Shown: positions 10,044 to 20,138, counted from the first letter of the stretch. The stretch: DNA of 64,000 nt from Abditibacterium sp. (GCA_965199495.1 CBDASK010000003.1:3616001-3680000), one strand, 5' to 3'. Numbers and translations: made by a program. Notes: generated by a model not told the origin, from the letters alone.

Positions 10044-10436
10044 TCATTCTTCCGCTCTCGCCTCGTCCAACCCCGCTTTCATCTCCGCCACAACCAACGC
10101 GATACCCTCAGCCACGTCCAATGCGCTGCGGTAAACATCCTCGTTGCTCACGCGAATAAATCGCACTCCCAAACTTTCGATTTCGCGTTGCCGAACTGCG
10201 TCATATTCCTGCGCGACTTCGCCCGCGTGCGATTCGCCATCGACTTCGATGGCCAGATGAAGCGACGGACAATAGAAATCCAACACATATTTACCAATCG
10301 AAACTTGGCGGCGAAATTTTACGCCTAATGCTTCATTGCGCAACTGCTTCCACAACAATCGTTCGGCGACAGGCATCTCGGCACGCAGTTGCTGGCGCTT
10401 GAGCGTCCCATCGCGATTGTTGAAGATTTTACGCAC
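10044..10436 (-). CDS. DUF559 / Vsr-like PD-(D/E)XK endonuclease
   Basis: AERLLWKQLR, GVKFRRQ, YVLDFYC, AIEVDGESH, 'YDAVR..ESLGVRFIRVSNEDV'. Confidence 0.92.
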   Translation of the reverse strand: MRKIFNNRDGTLKRQQLRAEMPVAERLLWKQLRNEALGVKFRRQVSIGKYVLDFYCPSLHLAIEVDGESHAGEVAQEYDAVRQREIESLGVRFIRVSNEDVYRSALDVAEGIALVVAEMKAGLDEARAEE

Positions 10437-10437
10437 T

Positions 10438-10884
10438 TTAACTCAGTAAAAAGCCGCCGACTTTGTCGTCTTTGACGCTCATCTGCGCCAGAAAATCGTC
10501 GCCGCCATCTTCAAATCTCACGCGCCACAGATAAACCACGTAACCGGAGCGATTGATTTCGCCCAGATAATTGAACGTATGTTCGCCCTTTAGACGCGGC
10601 GCGACTTGCTTTGTCACCTGTTGAAATACCGGCGGCGTGAGAGCGGTCTTAAAATCGTCGTCGGCAAATGCGATGAACGCGGCGCGGTTGTTGTCTTCGA
10701 TGGCGCCCATCATCGCCTCGAAAGTCTCGCTCGCGAATTTGGGTGCGACTGGCGCGCTTTGCGGTTCTGCTGGCGCGACTTGAGCGAGCGGCGGCTCGGC
10801 TTGAATCGGGGCATTTTGTGCTTGTGCGACCGAACCGATGAACGCGACTGATGCTAAAATTTGCAATGTTTTTGAGAATTTCAT
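10438..10884 (-). CDS. Secreted hypothetical protein
   Basis: Signal peptide ending AQA|Q; CAGGAG SD; C-terminal 'VGGFLL'. Confidence 0.8.
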   Translation of the reverse strand: MKFSKTLQILASVAFIGSVAQAQNAPIQAEPPLAQVAPAEPQSAPVAPKFASETFEAMMGAIEDNNRAAFIAFADDDFKTALTPPVFQQVTKQVAPRLKGEHTFNYLGEINRSGYVVYLWRVRFEDGGDDFLAQMSVKDDKVGGFLLS

Positions 10885-11003
10885 CCGAACTCCTGTGACC
10901 GAAATGGCTTGGCGAAAAGTATCGCTGGCGATAACGTCATCCGCAATGCGACTTGTTTTGTATCGCTAATACTGCGGCGAAGGTTTTGCTCCCTCGCGGC
11001 GCA

Positions 11004-11900
11004 ATGCAAACCACTCCAAATTCTCCGCAAATCGAACAACTCGCCGCCGATTACGCGGGCGGCAAACTCAATCGCCGCGACTTTTTGGCGCGCCTCGCCG
11101 CTATTACCGGCAGCATGGCGGCGGCGCATTTGTTGGTCGAAAAGAGCGGGTTGGCCCAGACAATTTCGGATAAAGAGACTGCCGAGGGCGCCATCAAAAT
11201 TAGCGGCGCCGATGTCGATTTTTCGACGCCCAACACCAAAATCGGCGGTTATCTCGCCGCGCCCGCAACGGGCCGGGGCGACGGGCCGTTTCCCGGCGTC
11301 GTGGTGATTCACGAGAATCGCGGCCTCAACGAGCACACGCGCGATGTCGCGCGCCGCTTCGCCATCGAAGGTTTCGTGGCGCTGGCGCCCGATGCGCTGG
11401 CGCGTCTGGGCGGCACCGCTTCAATGGCCGATCCCGACGCCGCGCGGACGGCGATTGGCACGTTGACAGCCGACCAAATTATGGCCGACTTGGACGCGGC
11501 GCTGGTTTATCTGCAAAACCAACCCAACGTGCAAAAAGGCAAACTGGGCAGCGTTGGTTTTTGTTGGGGCGGCGCGCGCTCGTTCAATCTGGCGCTCCAT
11601 AGCGACAAAATCGGAGCCGCCGTTGTGTTTTATGGGAGCGCGCCCGAACTGGATCAATTGCCCAATATCAAGGCGCCGGTTTTGGGACTTTATGGTGCGA
11701 CCGACGAGCGCATCACGTCGCAGGTGCCCGCCGTGGCTGCTGCGATGAAGGCAGCGAATAAATCTTACGAAACCAAAATTTACGACGGCGCGGGCCACGC
11801 CTTTTTCAACGATACCGGCGAACGTTATAATGCTCAAGCCGCCGCCGACGCTTGGCCGCGCGCCATCGCGTTTTTGCGCGCGAACTTGATGGCCGCATAA
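11004..11900 (+). CDS. Dienelactone hydrolase family protein (YghX-like) with twin-arginine-like leader
   Basis: LNRRDFL; HENRGLN; GFCWGG nucleophile elbow; GAGHAFFND. Confidence 0.92.
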   Translation: MQTTPNSPQIEQLAADYAGGKLNRRDFLARLAAITGSMAAAHLLVEKSGLAQTISDKETAEGAIKISGADVDFSTPNTKIGGYLAAPATGRGDGPFPGVVVIHENRGLNEHTRDVARRFAIEGFVALAPDALARLGGTASMADPDAARTAIGTLTADQIMADLDAALVYLQNQPNVQKGKLGSVGFCWGGARSFNLALHSDKIGAAVVFYGSAPELDQLPNIKAPVLGLYGATDERITSQVPAVAAAMKAANKSYETKIYDGAGHAFFNDTGERYNAQAAADAWPRAIAFLRANLMAA

Positions 11901-11939
11901 TCGGTGAGCCTTTGACCTGCACATTTCTCCTTTAAATGT

Positions 11940-11968
11940 GCGGGCGCGAACACAAAGTTCGCGCCCGC
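11940..11968. terminator. GC-rich hairpin between convergent genes
   Basis: gcgggcgcgaac-acaaa-gttcgcgcccgc. Confidence 0.6.
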
Positions 11969-12020
11969 GCAGCTAAAAATCGCTCCAATTGATGCCATCG
12001 CGTTGCCGACCGAACGCAGA

Positions 12021-12908
12021 TTATTTCGATAAACGCGACAACTGAAAGCCGTGACCGAAGGCTTCGCGCGCGATGGGAATAATCGGTTTGTTCGCGGGAT
12101 GCACGATGATCTCGAACGGTCTTGAACTCGCGTCCTCATCTTCTATATCAACGTAAAATACGAAGGAAAGGCCGCGCGCCTTGCTGTCGTAGATCGCGAG
12201 GCCGCCATCAGCCACGGGGAACGAATAGGTCTGGCGCTTGAGCGGTCTAACGGTTTGGCGGATTTTGCTCAGAGAATTACTTGTCGAGATTTTCTCGGCA
12301 GTAGCGAACTCACCGGCGGTGATCTGGATTTGCGCGACCTTATCGGCGCGATAAACGAGCGTTGCTGCCGCCAGCGCCATGCGGTTGTGCGTGCCCTCGA
12401 AATAATAACAATCCTGCGACAGTTTGTCGGGGCGCTTTTGCGTTTCGCCCGGTTTGCCCCACAACGCCAGAACTTTGGCGCGACTCATGCCCAGCGCAAT
12501 ATCGCCGACGCTCTGGCCGGGTTTAATGAGGCGATGACGCACATAAGACGCGTTTTGATAATTGGTTTCGGTCTGGGCCACGAACTCGGCGTTGCGCTTT
12601 TCGGTCGCCGAAAGTCGCTGCGTTTCATCGCTTGCCTTCCAATTGGCGTCCTTATGATACCATGATTGCGCGCCAAAAAACTTGGCCAAATCGGCGTCGG
12701 TGAACGGGCGACCGTGGCGCGCATAAATCGCGTTGCGAATCAGGCGACGCTCGTGCGAAGTGGTGTCCTCCAAATCTTTGCCGGTGAGCGCGCGCTCGAA
12801 CGGATATTTTTGGACATAAGGCAAATTATCTTCTTGCGCGTGGGCCGAATTGGCGCAAAAGCTCGCGCAAAGCAAGGCGAACAGAGCAAAACAAGGTGGG
12901 AGTTTCAT
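12021..12908 (-). CDS. Secreted YARHG-domain protein
   Basis: 'RNAIYARHGRPF..DL..FF...WY'; signal peptide from MKLPP. Confidence 0.88.
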   Translation of the reverse strand: MKLPPCFALFALLCASFCANSAHAQEDNLPYVQKYPFERALTGKDLEDTTSHERRLIRNAIYARHGRPFTDADLAKFFGAQSWYHKDANWKASDETQRLSATEKRNAEFVAQTETNYQNASYVRHRLIKPGQSVGDIALGMSRAKVLALWGKPGETQKRPDKLSQDCYYFEGTHNRMALAAATLVYRADKVAQIQITAGEFATAEKISTSNSLSKIRQTVRPLKRQTYSFPVADGGLAIYDSKARGLSFVFYVDIEDEDASSRPFEIIVHPANKPIIPIAREAFGHGFQLSRLSK

Positions 12909-13110
12909 AGTTATTAAGGGCAATTTCACGAGTCGAGACGAGATCAACGACTGGCAACCGCTGGCTTCGACTGCTGGTCGGTTTTCAGTGTTCCCCAACT
13001 GTTTCAAATGACCAACGCCAGATACTTTTACCATAATCGCGCGATTTTCGAGTGATCCCACTTCGATTTTTCGCTTGTGCGCGCGTTCTCGCCGCGTCTT
13101 ACTGTTACGC

Positions 13111-13539
13111 GTGCTTAATTTTTTGTTGGCGATATTGGCGGGCGCAGCGTTACCCGTGCAAACCGGCGTGAACTCGACTTTGCGCGGAACCGTTGGGCAT
13201 CCGTTGTGGGCGACGATTATCTCGTTTAGCGTGGGCGCTCTAACCGTGGGGGCATTGTTGCTTGTTATGCGCGTGCCCGCACCGATAGATTTGCCGCCGT
13301 TGGGCTGGAAGTGGCTGGGCGGCAGTCTGGGCGTGATCTACGTTTGCCTTTCCTTAATCTTGGCGCCGCGACTTGGCTCGGCTTCGCTTGTCGCAACAGT
13401 TGTCGCCGGACAGTTAGTGGCGTCGCTCGTTCTCGATCATTTCGGCTGGCTCGGATTCCCGCAACATCTGATTTCCCTTCCGCGCATCGCGGGCGCGGTT
13501 TTGCTGGGAATCGGCGCGTGGCTCATTGGCCGTTATTAA
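13111..13539 (+). CDS. DMT-family transporter (DUF606/YdcZ-like)
   Basis: AGAALPVQTGVNSTL, WLGGSLG, GQLVASLVLDHFGWLG. Confidence 0.9.
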   Translation: MLNFLLAILAGAALPVQTGVNSTLRGTVGHPLWATIISFSVGALTVGALLLVMRVPAPIDLPPLGWKWLGGSLGVIYVCLSLILAPRLGSASLVATVVAGQLVASLVLDHFGWLGFPQHLISLPRIAGAVLLGIGAWLIGRY

Positions 13540-13590
13540 GTCCCAATAAAACACAAACTCTGCCGATGTTGCATCGTCCGTTTTCTTCCT

Positions 13591-15468
13591 GTGAAACTCT
13601 CTTTCCTCGCGCCTTCGAGCGCTTTTCTCATAGCGCTATCGTTGCTGCCAAACGTTGCGAAGGCGCAAATTGTAACGCAAAGTTCACCGCAAATCGTGCA
13701 ATCGGGCGCGACACTCACCGTTCCGGTTGCGACGGGCGACTCGAAAGTGCGCTTGCGACTGCGCAACGGCGCGGCCTATCTCGATGAAGAAACCGTCAAG
13801 CGCAACGGCAACACAGTTTCGGCGCGTTTGGATGCCGAGCCGGGATTGTATCTGTTGCGCCCGTTTTCGACCGCTAAAAACGCGGGATTAGTTGGCAATC
13901 CGCTTTCGCTTGTGGTGCCAGGACTGCGGCGCGAGGCGGGCGTCTGGCTGTTCAACGGCTCGATGTGGATTGCTAAAACGGCGCCAATTGCTAATGGCAA
14001 TCCGACGTTTTTGGCGAATCTGCGGCGTGGCGATAAAGCCAAATTGCCGGTCAGCGACGCGACTACTGGGCTTTTGGGTTGGCAAACTTTGCCGCTTGAT
14101 GCTCCGGTGATAGGTTCGGGCGCGGGCGGAAATATCGTGGGTTACACCTATCAGGCGCGCGGCGAAATGAATGGTAACTCAGCGTTGGTAGGCAATGCCG
14201 ATAAATCGCGGGCAACCATTTTAGAAGTCAGCACTTCCGACGCGCCGTTGGCCGCCCGCCAATTGCAAAACGCCGCGCGCAACGCCGATGCCGTCGTCTT
14301 AAAATTCGACGCCGCCAAACCGTGGGTTGCGCAATTGTGGCCGCTCAAAATGGCGCGTCGCATGGCCGAAGAAACCAAAGATTACGATTTGCCGATCTTC
14401 GCCGATGTGAGTTCGGGCGGGTTTTCCGATGCGCAATTATTGGAAATTTACTCCAACGGCGCGACCGGATTTTTAACCGCGCCCGGCACGCCCGAACCGG
14501 CTTGGACGCAGATTTGGGACGCCAACTCGAACTGGCTGAGCGGCGCCGTCACGCTCGAAGACATGGGCGTTACAAACACCGATTCGCCGCGTCTGGCGCC
14601 CTTACTTTCCGATTTGCGCGCGGCAGGACGCATTCCGCTCGTCGGGCAAATGCCGTCCGATAAAAATCCCAAAGGCGAATCGAATATAATTCTGCTCGAT
14701 GATTCGACGACGGCGGATATTTTGGATGGCGTCAAAACAGCAGCCACGGCGGGCAACACGGTTTACTTGGAAGGTCTGCCCTCGCCCGCGCTCTACGACA
14801 AAATGGGCGAAATCACCGGCACGCAGGTCACGCCTTTGGACGCGCCGCGCGACGATGTGATGACGCTTGACGATCCGTGGACATGGGGCGCCATCAACGG
14901 GCGCGAGTTCGCCGTGACGCAGCGCGTGACAATCGCCGTGAAAAAATCGTTGGCCGCGCAGACCAAAGAAGAAAAAGGTCTGTCCATCGAAACCGTGCCG
15001 CGCCCGGCGGCCAAACTGACGCGCGATTTGAATGGTTGGATGGTCTGTCCAGTCGGCAAAGGCCGCGTTTTCTGGATGCCGCAAAGTTTCAGCGCCGCCA
15101 AACGCCCGGATTTAACTTCGTATTACGCGGCGGTTGCGGGCGGCATGCAAACCGCCTTGCTCGAAACGACCGGCGACAGCCAGAACGTGCGCGTGGCTCT
15201 GCGCGCGACGCAGGGCCAAACCGCGTTATTGGGTTTGTTCAACGCGGGCACGACCGACGCAAAATTGAACGTCGGCGTGCGCGGCGATGCGACGTATGTT
15301 TTAGATTTGCTCAGCGATAAAACCATTGATAACAGCGTCGTCGGCTTTGAAACCAAGTTCGACGTGAGCGTTCCGGCGGGCGGCTATCGTTGGCTGGCGC
15401 TGGCGACCAACGAGGAAGCGTTGGATAAAGAACGCGAATTCAAACGCGTCAAAGCGCGCTTGAAGTAA
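13591..15468 (+). CDS. Secreted hypothetical protein; C-terminal half resembles a GATase-like (GH42 trimerisation-type) domain
   Basis: Signal peptide AKA|Q; 'AGNTVYLEG..PVGKGRVFW' pattern (domain call tentative). Confidence 0.65.
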   Translation: MKLSFLAPSSAFLIALSLLPNVAKAQIVTQSSPQIVQSGATLTVPVATGDSKVRLRLRNGAAYLDEETVKRNGNTVSARLDAEPGLYLLRPFSTAKNAGLVGNPLSLVVPGLRREAGVWLFNGSMWIAKTAPIANGNPTFLANLRRGDKAKLPVSDATTGLLGWQTLPLDAPVIGSGAGGNIVGYTYQARGEMNGNSALVGNADKSRATILEVSTSDAPLAARQLQNAARNADAVVLKFDAAKPWVAQLWPLKMARRMAEETKDYDLPIFADVSSGGFSDAQLLEIYSNGATGFLTAPGTPEPAWTQIWDANSNWLSGAVTLEDMGVTNTDSPRLAPLLSDLRAAGRIPLVGQMPSDKNPKGESNIILLDDSTTADILDGVKTAATAGNTVYLEGLPSPALYDKMGEITGTQVTPLDAPRDDVMTLDDPWTWGAINGREFAVTQRVTIAVKKSLAAQTKEEKGLSIETVPRPAAKLTRDLNGWMVCPVGKGRVFWMPQSFSAAKRPDLTSYYAAVAGGMQTALLETTGDSQNVRVALRATQGQTALLGLFNAGTTDAKLNVGVRGDATYVLDLLSDKTIDNSVVGFETKFDVSVPAGGYRWLALATNEEALDKEREFKRVKARLK

Positions 15469-15498
15469 ATTATTTGTTTGTGGTTATTTACCCCGCGC

Positions 15499-15631
15499 TG
15501 TCCTTCTGAGCGGAGTGAGGGACGAACGAAGTCGAAGAATCCATCGGTCGCGTGTTGACTTCGCATTCGTTGGTGCCGTTAAGTCATGGATTCTTCGACT
15601 TCGTTCGTCCCTCACTCCGCTCAGAAGGACA
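15499..15631. mobile_element. Family-A1 MITE/REPIN-like palindrome
   Basis: Perfect 46-bp arms tgtccttctgagcggagtgagggacgaacgaagtcgaagaatccat; 41-bp spacer. Confidence 0.9.
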
Positions 15632-15678
15632 AATGTGAGCGCGAAGTAATTATGCACCAAACGTCAAAAGTAGGAGTT

Positions 15679-15833
15679 TTAGCCTGCGTCTGTCATTTCG
15701 AGCTTGCCGAGAAATCTTACGGCCCCGCGCCAGCGGAAATGACGGGTGAGTTGAACGTAAAAATGGCTTTTACTTGCGCTGCCGCGCGGGCGTAAGATTT
15801 CTCGGCAAGCTCGAAATGACAAACGCAGGCTAA
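15679..15833. mobile_element. Family-A2 palindrome (TGTCATTTCGAGC..CCGAGAAATCTT)
   Basis: ttagcctgcgtctgtcatttcgagcttgccgagaaatcttac / gtaagatttctcggcaagctcgaaatgacaaacgcaggctaa; further flanked by taggagtt/aactccta. Confidence 0.9.
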
Positions 15834-15894
15834 CTGCGTAACTCCTAAAAAGATAACGAAACTTGTAATCGAAATTTTATTTCTCTCAACATTT

Positions 15895-16608
15895 ATGTCA
15901 TCACGCTTTGATTTTTGGACGGACGACCGTCCGTGGAGCGACATCCGCAATTGGCTGGTGCCGCGCGCGTTTCGCTTTTTGCATTCGGCTCTATTTAACA
16001 CGCTCAAACTTTCGACGACGGGCGTGCATCGCATGATGCCCTCGCTCGAAGGGCGCGAAAAACCAGCAGCATTGTTTGTCATCTGGCACGATCAAACTCT
16101 GGTGCCATTACACATTTTTCGCGGCACGGGCATCACGACTTTGATGTCCACTTCGCGCAATGGGCGCATGTTCGCCAATGTGTGGGCGCTCTTTGGCTGG
16201 CCGGTCGTCTACGGCTCGACCAACAAGAAAGCCGCCGTGGCTGCTTTGCGCGAGATGCTCAATCGCTTGGAAAACGGCGTCACCGTCGGCCTGACGCCCG
16301 ATGGCCCACGCGGCCCGCGCCACGAAGCGCACGGCGGCTCGGTTTATCTGGCCTCGAAAACCGGGACAGTGATTTTGCCGATGGCGTGGCGCGCGTCCGA
16401 CGCGTGGGTTTTATCCACATGGGACAAATACACGATTCCCAAACCTTTCGCGCGCGTGCATCTGCACGTCGGGCCGCCGCTCCATATCCCGCCCAAACTC
16501 AGTCGCGAAGAAACCGACGCATGGCAACTCAAACTCGGCGCCGCCATTGACGAAGCCGGGCGCGTCGCGCAGTGGGAACTGGGAGAAAGGATGAGGGCTG
16601 AAGGATAA
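15895..16608 (+). CDS. DUF374 lysophospholipid-acyltransferase-like protein
   Basis: IWH, S.SRNG, V.GST, TPDGPRGP, WDKYTIPKPF. Confidence 0.9.
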   Translation: MSSRFDFWTDDRPWSDIRNWLVPRAFRFLHSALFNTLKLSTTGVHRMMPSLEGREKPAALFVIWHDQTLVPLHIFRGTGITTLMSTSRNGRMFANVWALFGWPVVYGSTNKKAAVAALREMLNRLENGVTVGLTPDGPRGPRHEAHGGSVYLASKTGTVILPMAWRASDAWVLSTWDKYTIPKPFARVHLHVGPPLHIPPKLSREETDAWQLKLGAAIDEAGRVAQWELGERMRAEG

Positions 16609-16679
16609 AGGATGAAAATTAGGAAGAAAGCTCCGAAATGATGAAGAGCTTTCTTCCTAATTTTCATCCTTCAGCCTTT
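16587..16679. repeat. Heptamer-armed palindrome (AAGGATG/AGGGCTG) overlapping the DUF374 stop codon
   Basis: aaggatg agggctg aaggata aaggatgaaaattaggaagaaagctc / gagctttcttcctaattttcatccttcagccttt. Confidence 0.8.
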
Positions 16680-16682
16680 CCC

Positions 16683-17657
16683 CTATCCCAGTCCCGCTTT
16701 GAGCAATTCGCCGATTTCCAGCCAGCCGACGGGCTGATTCGCTTCGTCCATAACTGGCGCGTCGTTAAAAGTGCGGCTTTGGAGCAATCGCAACGCTTCG
16801 AGCGCGGGCATTTGTGGGCGCAGGGCAAGTGGCGAACGCGTCATCCATTTTTCGACGGGCGACTGCAAATGCTGCGTCGCGTCGGCGCTTTGTAACAGAT
16901 GGCGCCGCACGTCGCCGTCGGTGAGATAACCGATTAATTCGCCCGTTTCGTCGGTGACGAGCGCGGCGCCAGCTCCGGCGCGCGTGATTTCCTGTAAAGC
17001 GGCGCGCACGTTGGCGTTGTCGCGACAAATCGCCACGCGTTGCTCGGTGCGCATCAAGTCGCCGACGGTCAAAGCGGCGCCGCGTCCCAGCGCGCCGCCG
17101 GGATGAAAACGGGCGAAATCGGGAATGGCAAAGCCGCGCGTTTCCATCAGACAAACCGCGATGGCGTCGCCGAGGGCGAGCGCGGCGGTCGTCGAAGAAG
17201 TCGGCGCCAGATTGAGCGGACAGGCTTCTTTCTCGACACTGGTATCCAGAGCCACATCGGCTTGCCGGGCCAGATACGATTCCAAATTGCCCGTTAATGC
17301 GATGACCGGAACGTCCATGCCGCGCACGACGGGCAACATTCCCAGCAATTCGTCGGAACGGCCCGAATATGAAATCGCGATGAGAACGTCGCCGCGCGCG
17401 ACCATACCCAAATCGCCATGCAGCGCTTCGGCGGCGTGAACGAACAACGCGGGCGTGCCAGTTGAAGCCAAAGTCGAAGCCATTTTTCGCCCAATTGCCC
17501 CGCTTTTGCCCAGTCCCGTGACGACGACGCGGCCCTGACAATGGGTCAAAATCGCGATGGCGCGCTCGAACGGTTCAGCCAGTCGCGCAGCCATTTGGTC
17601 AATAGCCGCGCTTTCGAGCGATAGGACGCGGTGGGCAATTTCGAGAACGGGAGTCAT
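16683..17657 (-). CDS. kdsD: Arabinose-5-phosphate isomerase KdsD/KpsF (SIS plus 2 CBS domains)
   Basis: GLGKSG, EALHGDLG, EACPLNLAPTSSTT, FHPGGALG, TDGDVRR. Confidence 0.93.
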   Translation of the reverse strand: MTPVLEIAHRVLSLESAAIDQMAARLAEPFERAIAILTHCQGRVVVTGLGKSGAIGRKMASTLASTGTPALFVHAAEALHGDLGMVARGDVLIAISYSGRSDELLGMLPVVRGMDVPVIALTGNLESYLARQADVALDTSVEKEACPLNLAPTSSTTAALALGDAIAVCLMETRGFAIPDFARFHPGGALGRGAALTVGDLMRTEQRVAICRDNANVRAALQEITRAGAGAALVTDETGELIGYLTDGDVRRHLLQSADATQHLQSPVEKWMTRSPLALRPQMPALEALRLLQSRTFNDAPVMDEANQPVGWLEIGELLKAGLG

Positions 17658-17686
17658 GGGGGAAAATGATTATATTTACGAATTTG

Positions 17687-17833
17687 TTCCGCTTGTCATT
17701 TCGAGCGAAGCCGAGAAATCTTCCGGCACCGCGCCAGGGGAAATATGCGCGAGTCTGAACCTGGATCATGCTTGAACCTGCGCTGCCGCGCGGTCAAAAG
17801 ATTTCTCGGCTTCGCTCGAAATGACAAGCGGAA
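17687..17833. mobile_element. Family-A2 palindrome
   Basis: Perfect 36-bp arms ttccgcttgtcatttcgagcgaagccgagaaatctt; spacer homologous to 15721-15791. Confidence 0.9.
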
Positions 17834-17858
17834 TGGATGCCTAATTAATCTGACTTTC

Positions 17859-18707
17859 CTACACGCGCGCCGCGTTGAGCGCGATTTCGATGCGGTCGAA
17901 CAATTCGAGATCGGGATTCAAATCCAACGCGGTTTTATACTGTTCTTCAGCGTCGTCTTCGCGCCCGGCGGCGCGATAAATTTCGGCCATGTGATAGGGA
18001 ATTTCGGCATTGTATTGTCCCGTATTGATAATCACCGGATGTTGGCGCACGAACGCGATGACCTGTTCTTCTGCTTTCTCCGCTTCGCCAACGCGCCCCA
18101 GCCGAAACAGTGCCCACGCGTAGGAATCGAGCGCGCCTAAGGTGCGCGCGGCTTGCAAATCCAATCGCTCCTTGTCGTCGGGCGCAAGCGCTTTGATTTG
18201 TTTGTCCCATTCGGCCAGCGAAAGTTTGGTGAGCTGGGCGGCGCGCTGCCAATCGGCGCGCGTAGTGCCCCGGTCGGCGAGCGGATAGCCGATCATGTTG
18301 AGCGTGCTGGCGCTGACCGTTCCGGGTTTGGGATTGGCGGGCAAGAACGCGCTGGCGGCGCGATATTTCGCCAGCGCGCGTTGCAGCAACGCGTCGCGAT
18401 GCGCAAGCGAAGCCTCTTTGGCGTCGTTTTCCAGTTCCTGCGCCGCCGCTGTCACCGTCGCGATGCCATCGAGCAAGCGGCCTTTGTCGTCAATCGCAGT
18501 CAGCGCGTTTCCATACTGGCGCCCGGCGCGTTGCAATTTGGCGTTGTCGGCGCTTTTGAGCGCCAGTTGCGTGTTATCGAAAGCACGACCCGCCACAAAC
18601 GACGCGGCCAGACCGCGCATTTCGGCGGCGGGCGTTTGCGTCGAGGTCGCGCCGCAACCCGACAAAATCAAAGCGGCGATGGGCAAAAGGAGCGTAAATC
18701 GTTTCAT
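17859..18707 (-). CDS. TPR-containing lipoprotein
   Basis: MKRFTLLLPIAALILSG|C lipobox; 'LNMIGYPLAD', 'LDSYAWALFRLG', 'YHMAEIY' TPRs. Confidence 0.85.
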   Translation of the reverse strand: MKRFTLLLPIAALILSGCGATSTQTPAAEMRGLAASFVAGRAFDNTQLALKSADNAKLQRAGRQYGNALTAIDDKGRLLDGIATVTAAAQELENDAKEASLAHRDALLQRALAKYRAASAFLPANPKPGTVSASTLNMIGYPLADRGTTRADWQRAAQLTKLSLAEWDKQIKALAPDDKERLDLQAARTLGALDSYAWALFRLGRVGEAEKAEEQVIAFVRQHPVIINTGQYNAEIPYHMAEIYRAAGREDDAEEQYKTALDLNPDLELFDRIEIALNAARV

Positions 18708-18751
18708 CAAGAAGTGGAGTACCCAACGCTTTGCAGCGCGACGGGTGCGTT

Positions 18752-19270
18752 CTATTCGCGACACAAACTTAAAGCGAGCGCGCGCACGTTGCGCAGGATG
18801 CGCGCGCCGCATTCTTCGTAGGCTTCGCTGGAGCCACCATACGGATCGGGAATGTCGAATTGTGCTTCTTTGCTTTGTGGCTCGCCCCACAACGGCGCCG
18901 CCGTGGCTGCTCCGAACTCGCCCAAAATCGTGATTTGTGCGGGCATTGGCGCCGCCGTAAATCCCAACCGAAAACGCAGTTGCGTGGCCTGTTCGCGCGT
19001 CATCGCGATTAACATTTCGTCCGGCGCGAGCGGCGGCTCCCAAGATTGCGCGCGATGCTCGCTCAAATCGGCGTCCCAACTCGCCGCCACCAACTGCGCC
19101 ATCGCGTTAGCGCGGTTGCCCACGCGCGCGTTCAGGCCCGCCGAACCGACTTCGATGGGTTCCAACTGCGCGCGACACGCGGGCGCCATTTCATGCAACA
19201 CGACTTGCCACGCCGCCACCGCGAGTGGCGAGCGACAAGTGTTGCCGGAACAAACGAAAGTGATTCGCAT
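18752..19270 (-). CDS. Low-molecular-weight protein (Tyr/Arg) phosphatase
   Basis: FVCSGNTCRSP P-loop, SAG, DIPDPYGG. Confidence 0.9.
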   Translation of the reverse strand: MRITFVCSGNTCRSPLAVAAWQVVLHEMAPACRAQLEPIEVGSAGLNARVGNRANAMAQLVAASWDADLSEHRAQSWEPPLAPDEMLIAMTREQATQLRFRLGFTAAPMPAQITILGEFGAATAAPLWGEPQSKEAQFDIPDPYGGSSEAYEECGARILRNVRALALSLCRE

Positions 19271-19299
19271 TGAGTGAATTGCAATAAAAGTTGATGCGA

Positions 19300-19394
19300 G
19301 CGCTTCGCTTTGAGCGGGGCTTACGCACCCTTCCAATCGAGTGCGAAGAAACTTCGTTTGGAAGAGGGCGCAAGCCCCGCTCAAAGCGAAGCGC
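19300..19394. repeat. Family-B palindrome (GCGGGGCT..CTTCCAATCG)
   Basis: gcgcttcgctttgagcggggcttacgcacccttccaa / ttggaagagggcgcaagccccgctcaaagcgaagcgc. Confidence 0.85.
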
Positions 19395-19401
19395 AACAAA
19401 A

Positions 19402-20070
19402 TCACGAATTATCTGCCATCAAATTTTTCACCAGCGCCACCAATTCGCTCAATTCGCTAATCTGAAAATCAGCGCGGCCCGCAAAGGCAGCCACGTCGTG
19501 CCAGCGCGGGTCGGGCAGGGCGACGGTGCGCGCGCCCGCCGCGTTGCCCGACTGCAATCCGGCCAAAGCGTCTTCGATAACCAGACAATTTTCGGGTGCG
19601 GTCTGCACGCCCGCCGCCGCTTTGAGATAAATATCGGGATGCGGCTTGCCGTTTTCGACTTGCTCGCCAGTTACCACGAAATCAAAAAATTGTTCGATAT
19701 TGTGGCTCTGCAAAAACGGACGAATGAGCTGGCCGACCGAACTCGTCGCGACCGCCATTTTGAGATTCAGCGCGCGACACTCGCGCAGCGTTTCGACGGT
19801 GCCGGGATAAATCGGGATTTCGTTGGCGTAGAAATGTGCCGCGACTTTGGTGCGATGTTCGATCATTTCATCGAGCGGCGCCGCGATACCGAAATGTTCG
19901 CGATAAAAGCCAATCGCCGTCGGAAAACTGGTGCCGATGACGTGTTCTTTGAGCTGGCCGCCATAATCGGGCACGCCATAAGCCGCCAAATGTTCGCGGT
20001 CAATCGCGTTCCAGTGCATCTCGGAATCGGCGATGATGCCGTCACAATCGAAAAGTAGAGCTTGAAGCAT
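19402..20070 (-). CDS. HAD-superfamily phosphatase (beta-PGM-like)
   Basis: FDCDG motif I, ATSS, GKPHPDIY, IEDALAG. Confidence 0.93.
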   Translation of the reverse strand: MLQALLFDCDGIIADSEMHWNAIDREHLAAYGVPDYGGQLKEHVIGTSFPTAIGFYREHFGIAAPLDEMIEHRTKVAAHFYANEIPIYPGTVETLRECRALNLKMAVATSSVGQLIRPFLQSHNIEQFFDFVVTGEQVENGKPHPDIYLKAAAGVQTAPENCLVIEDALAGLQSGNAAGARTVALPDPRWHDVAAFAGRADFQISELSELVALVKNLMADNS

Positions 20071-20138
20071 GAAAGTGGGAGTATGAGATAATTACGCGAA
20101 TCACCAGTAGGAGCAAAACTTATTTTGTGCTTCAATCT

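Noticed and set aside
12909..13110. Possible riboswitch upstream of the YARHG or DMT genes (contains cGACTGGC)
   Set aside because: The remaining ZTP/pfl consensus elements are absent, and no other riboswitch consensus was recognised.
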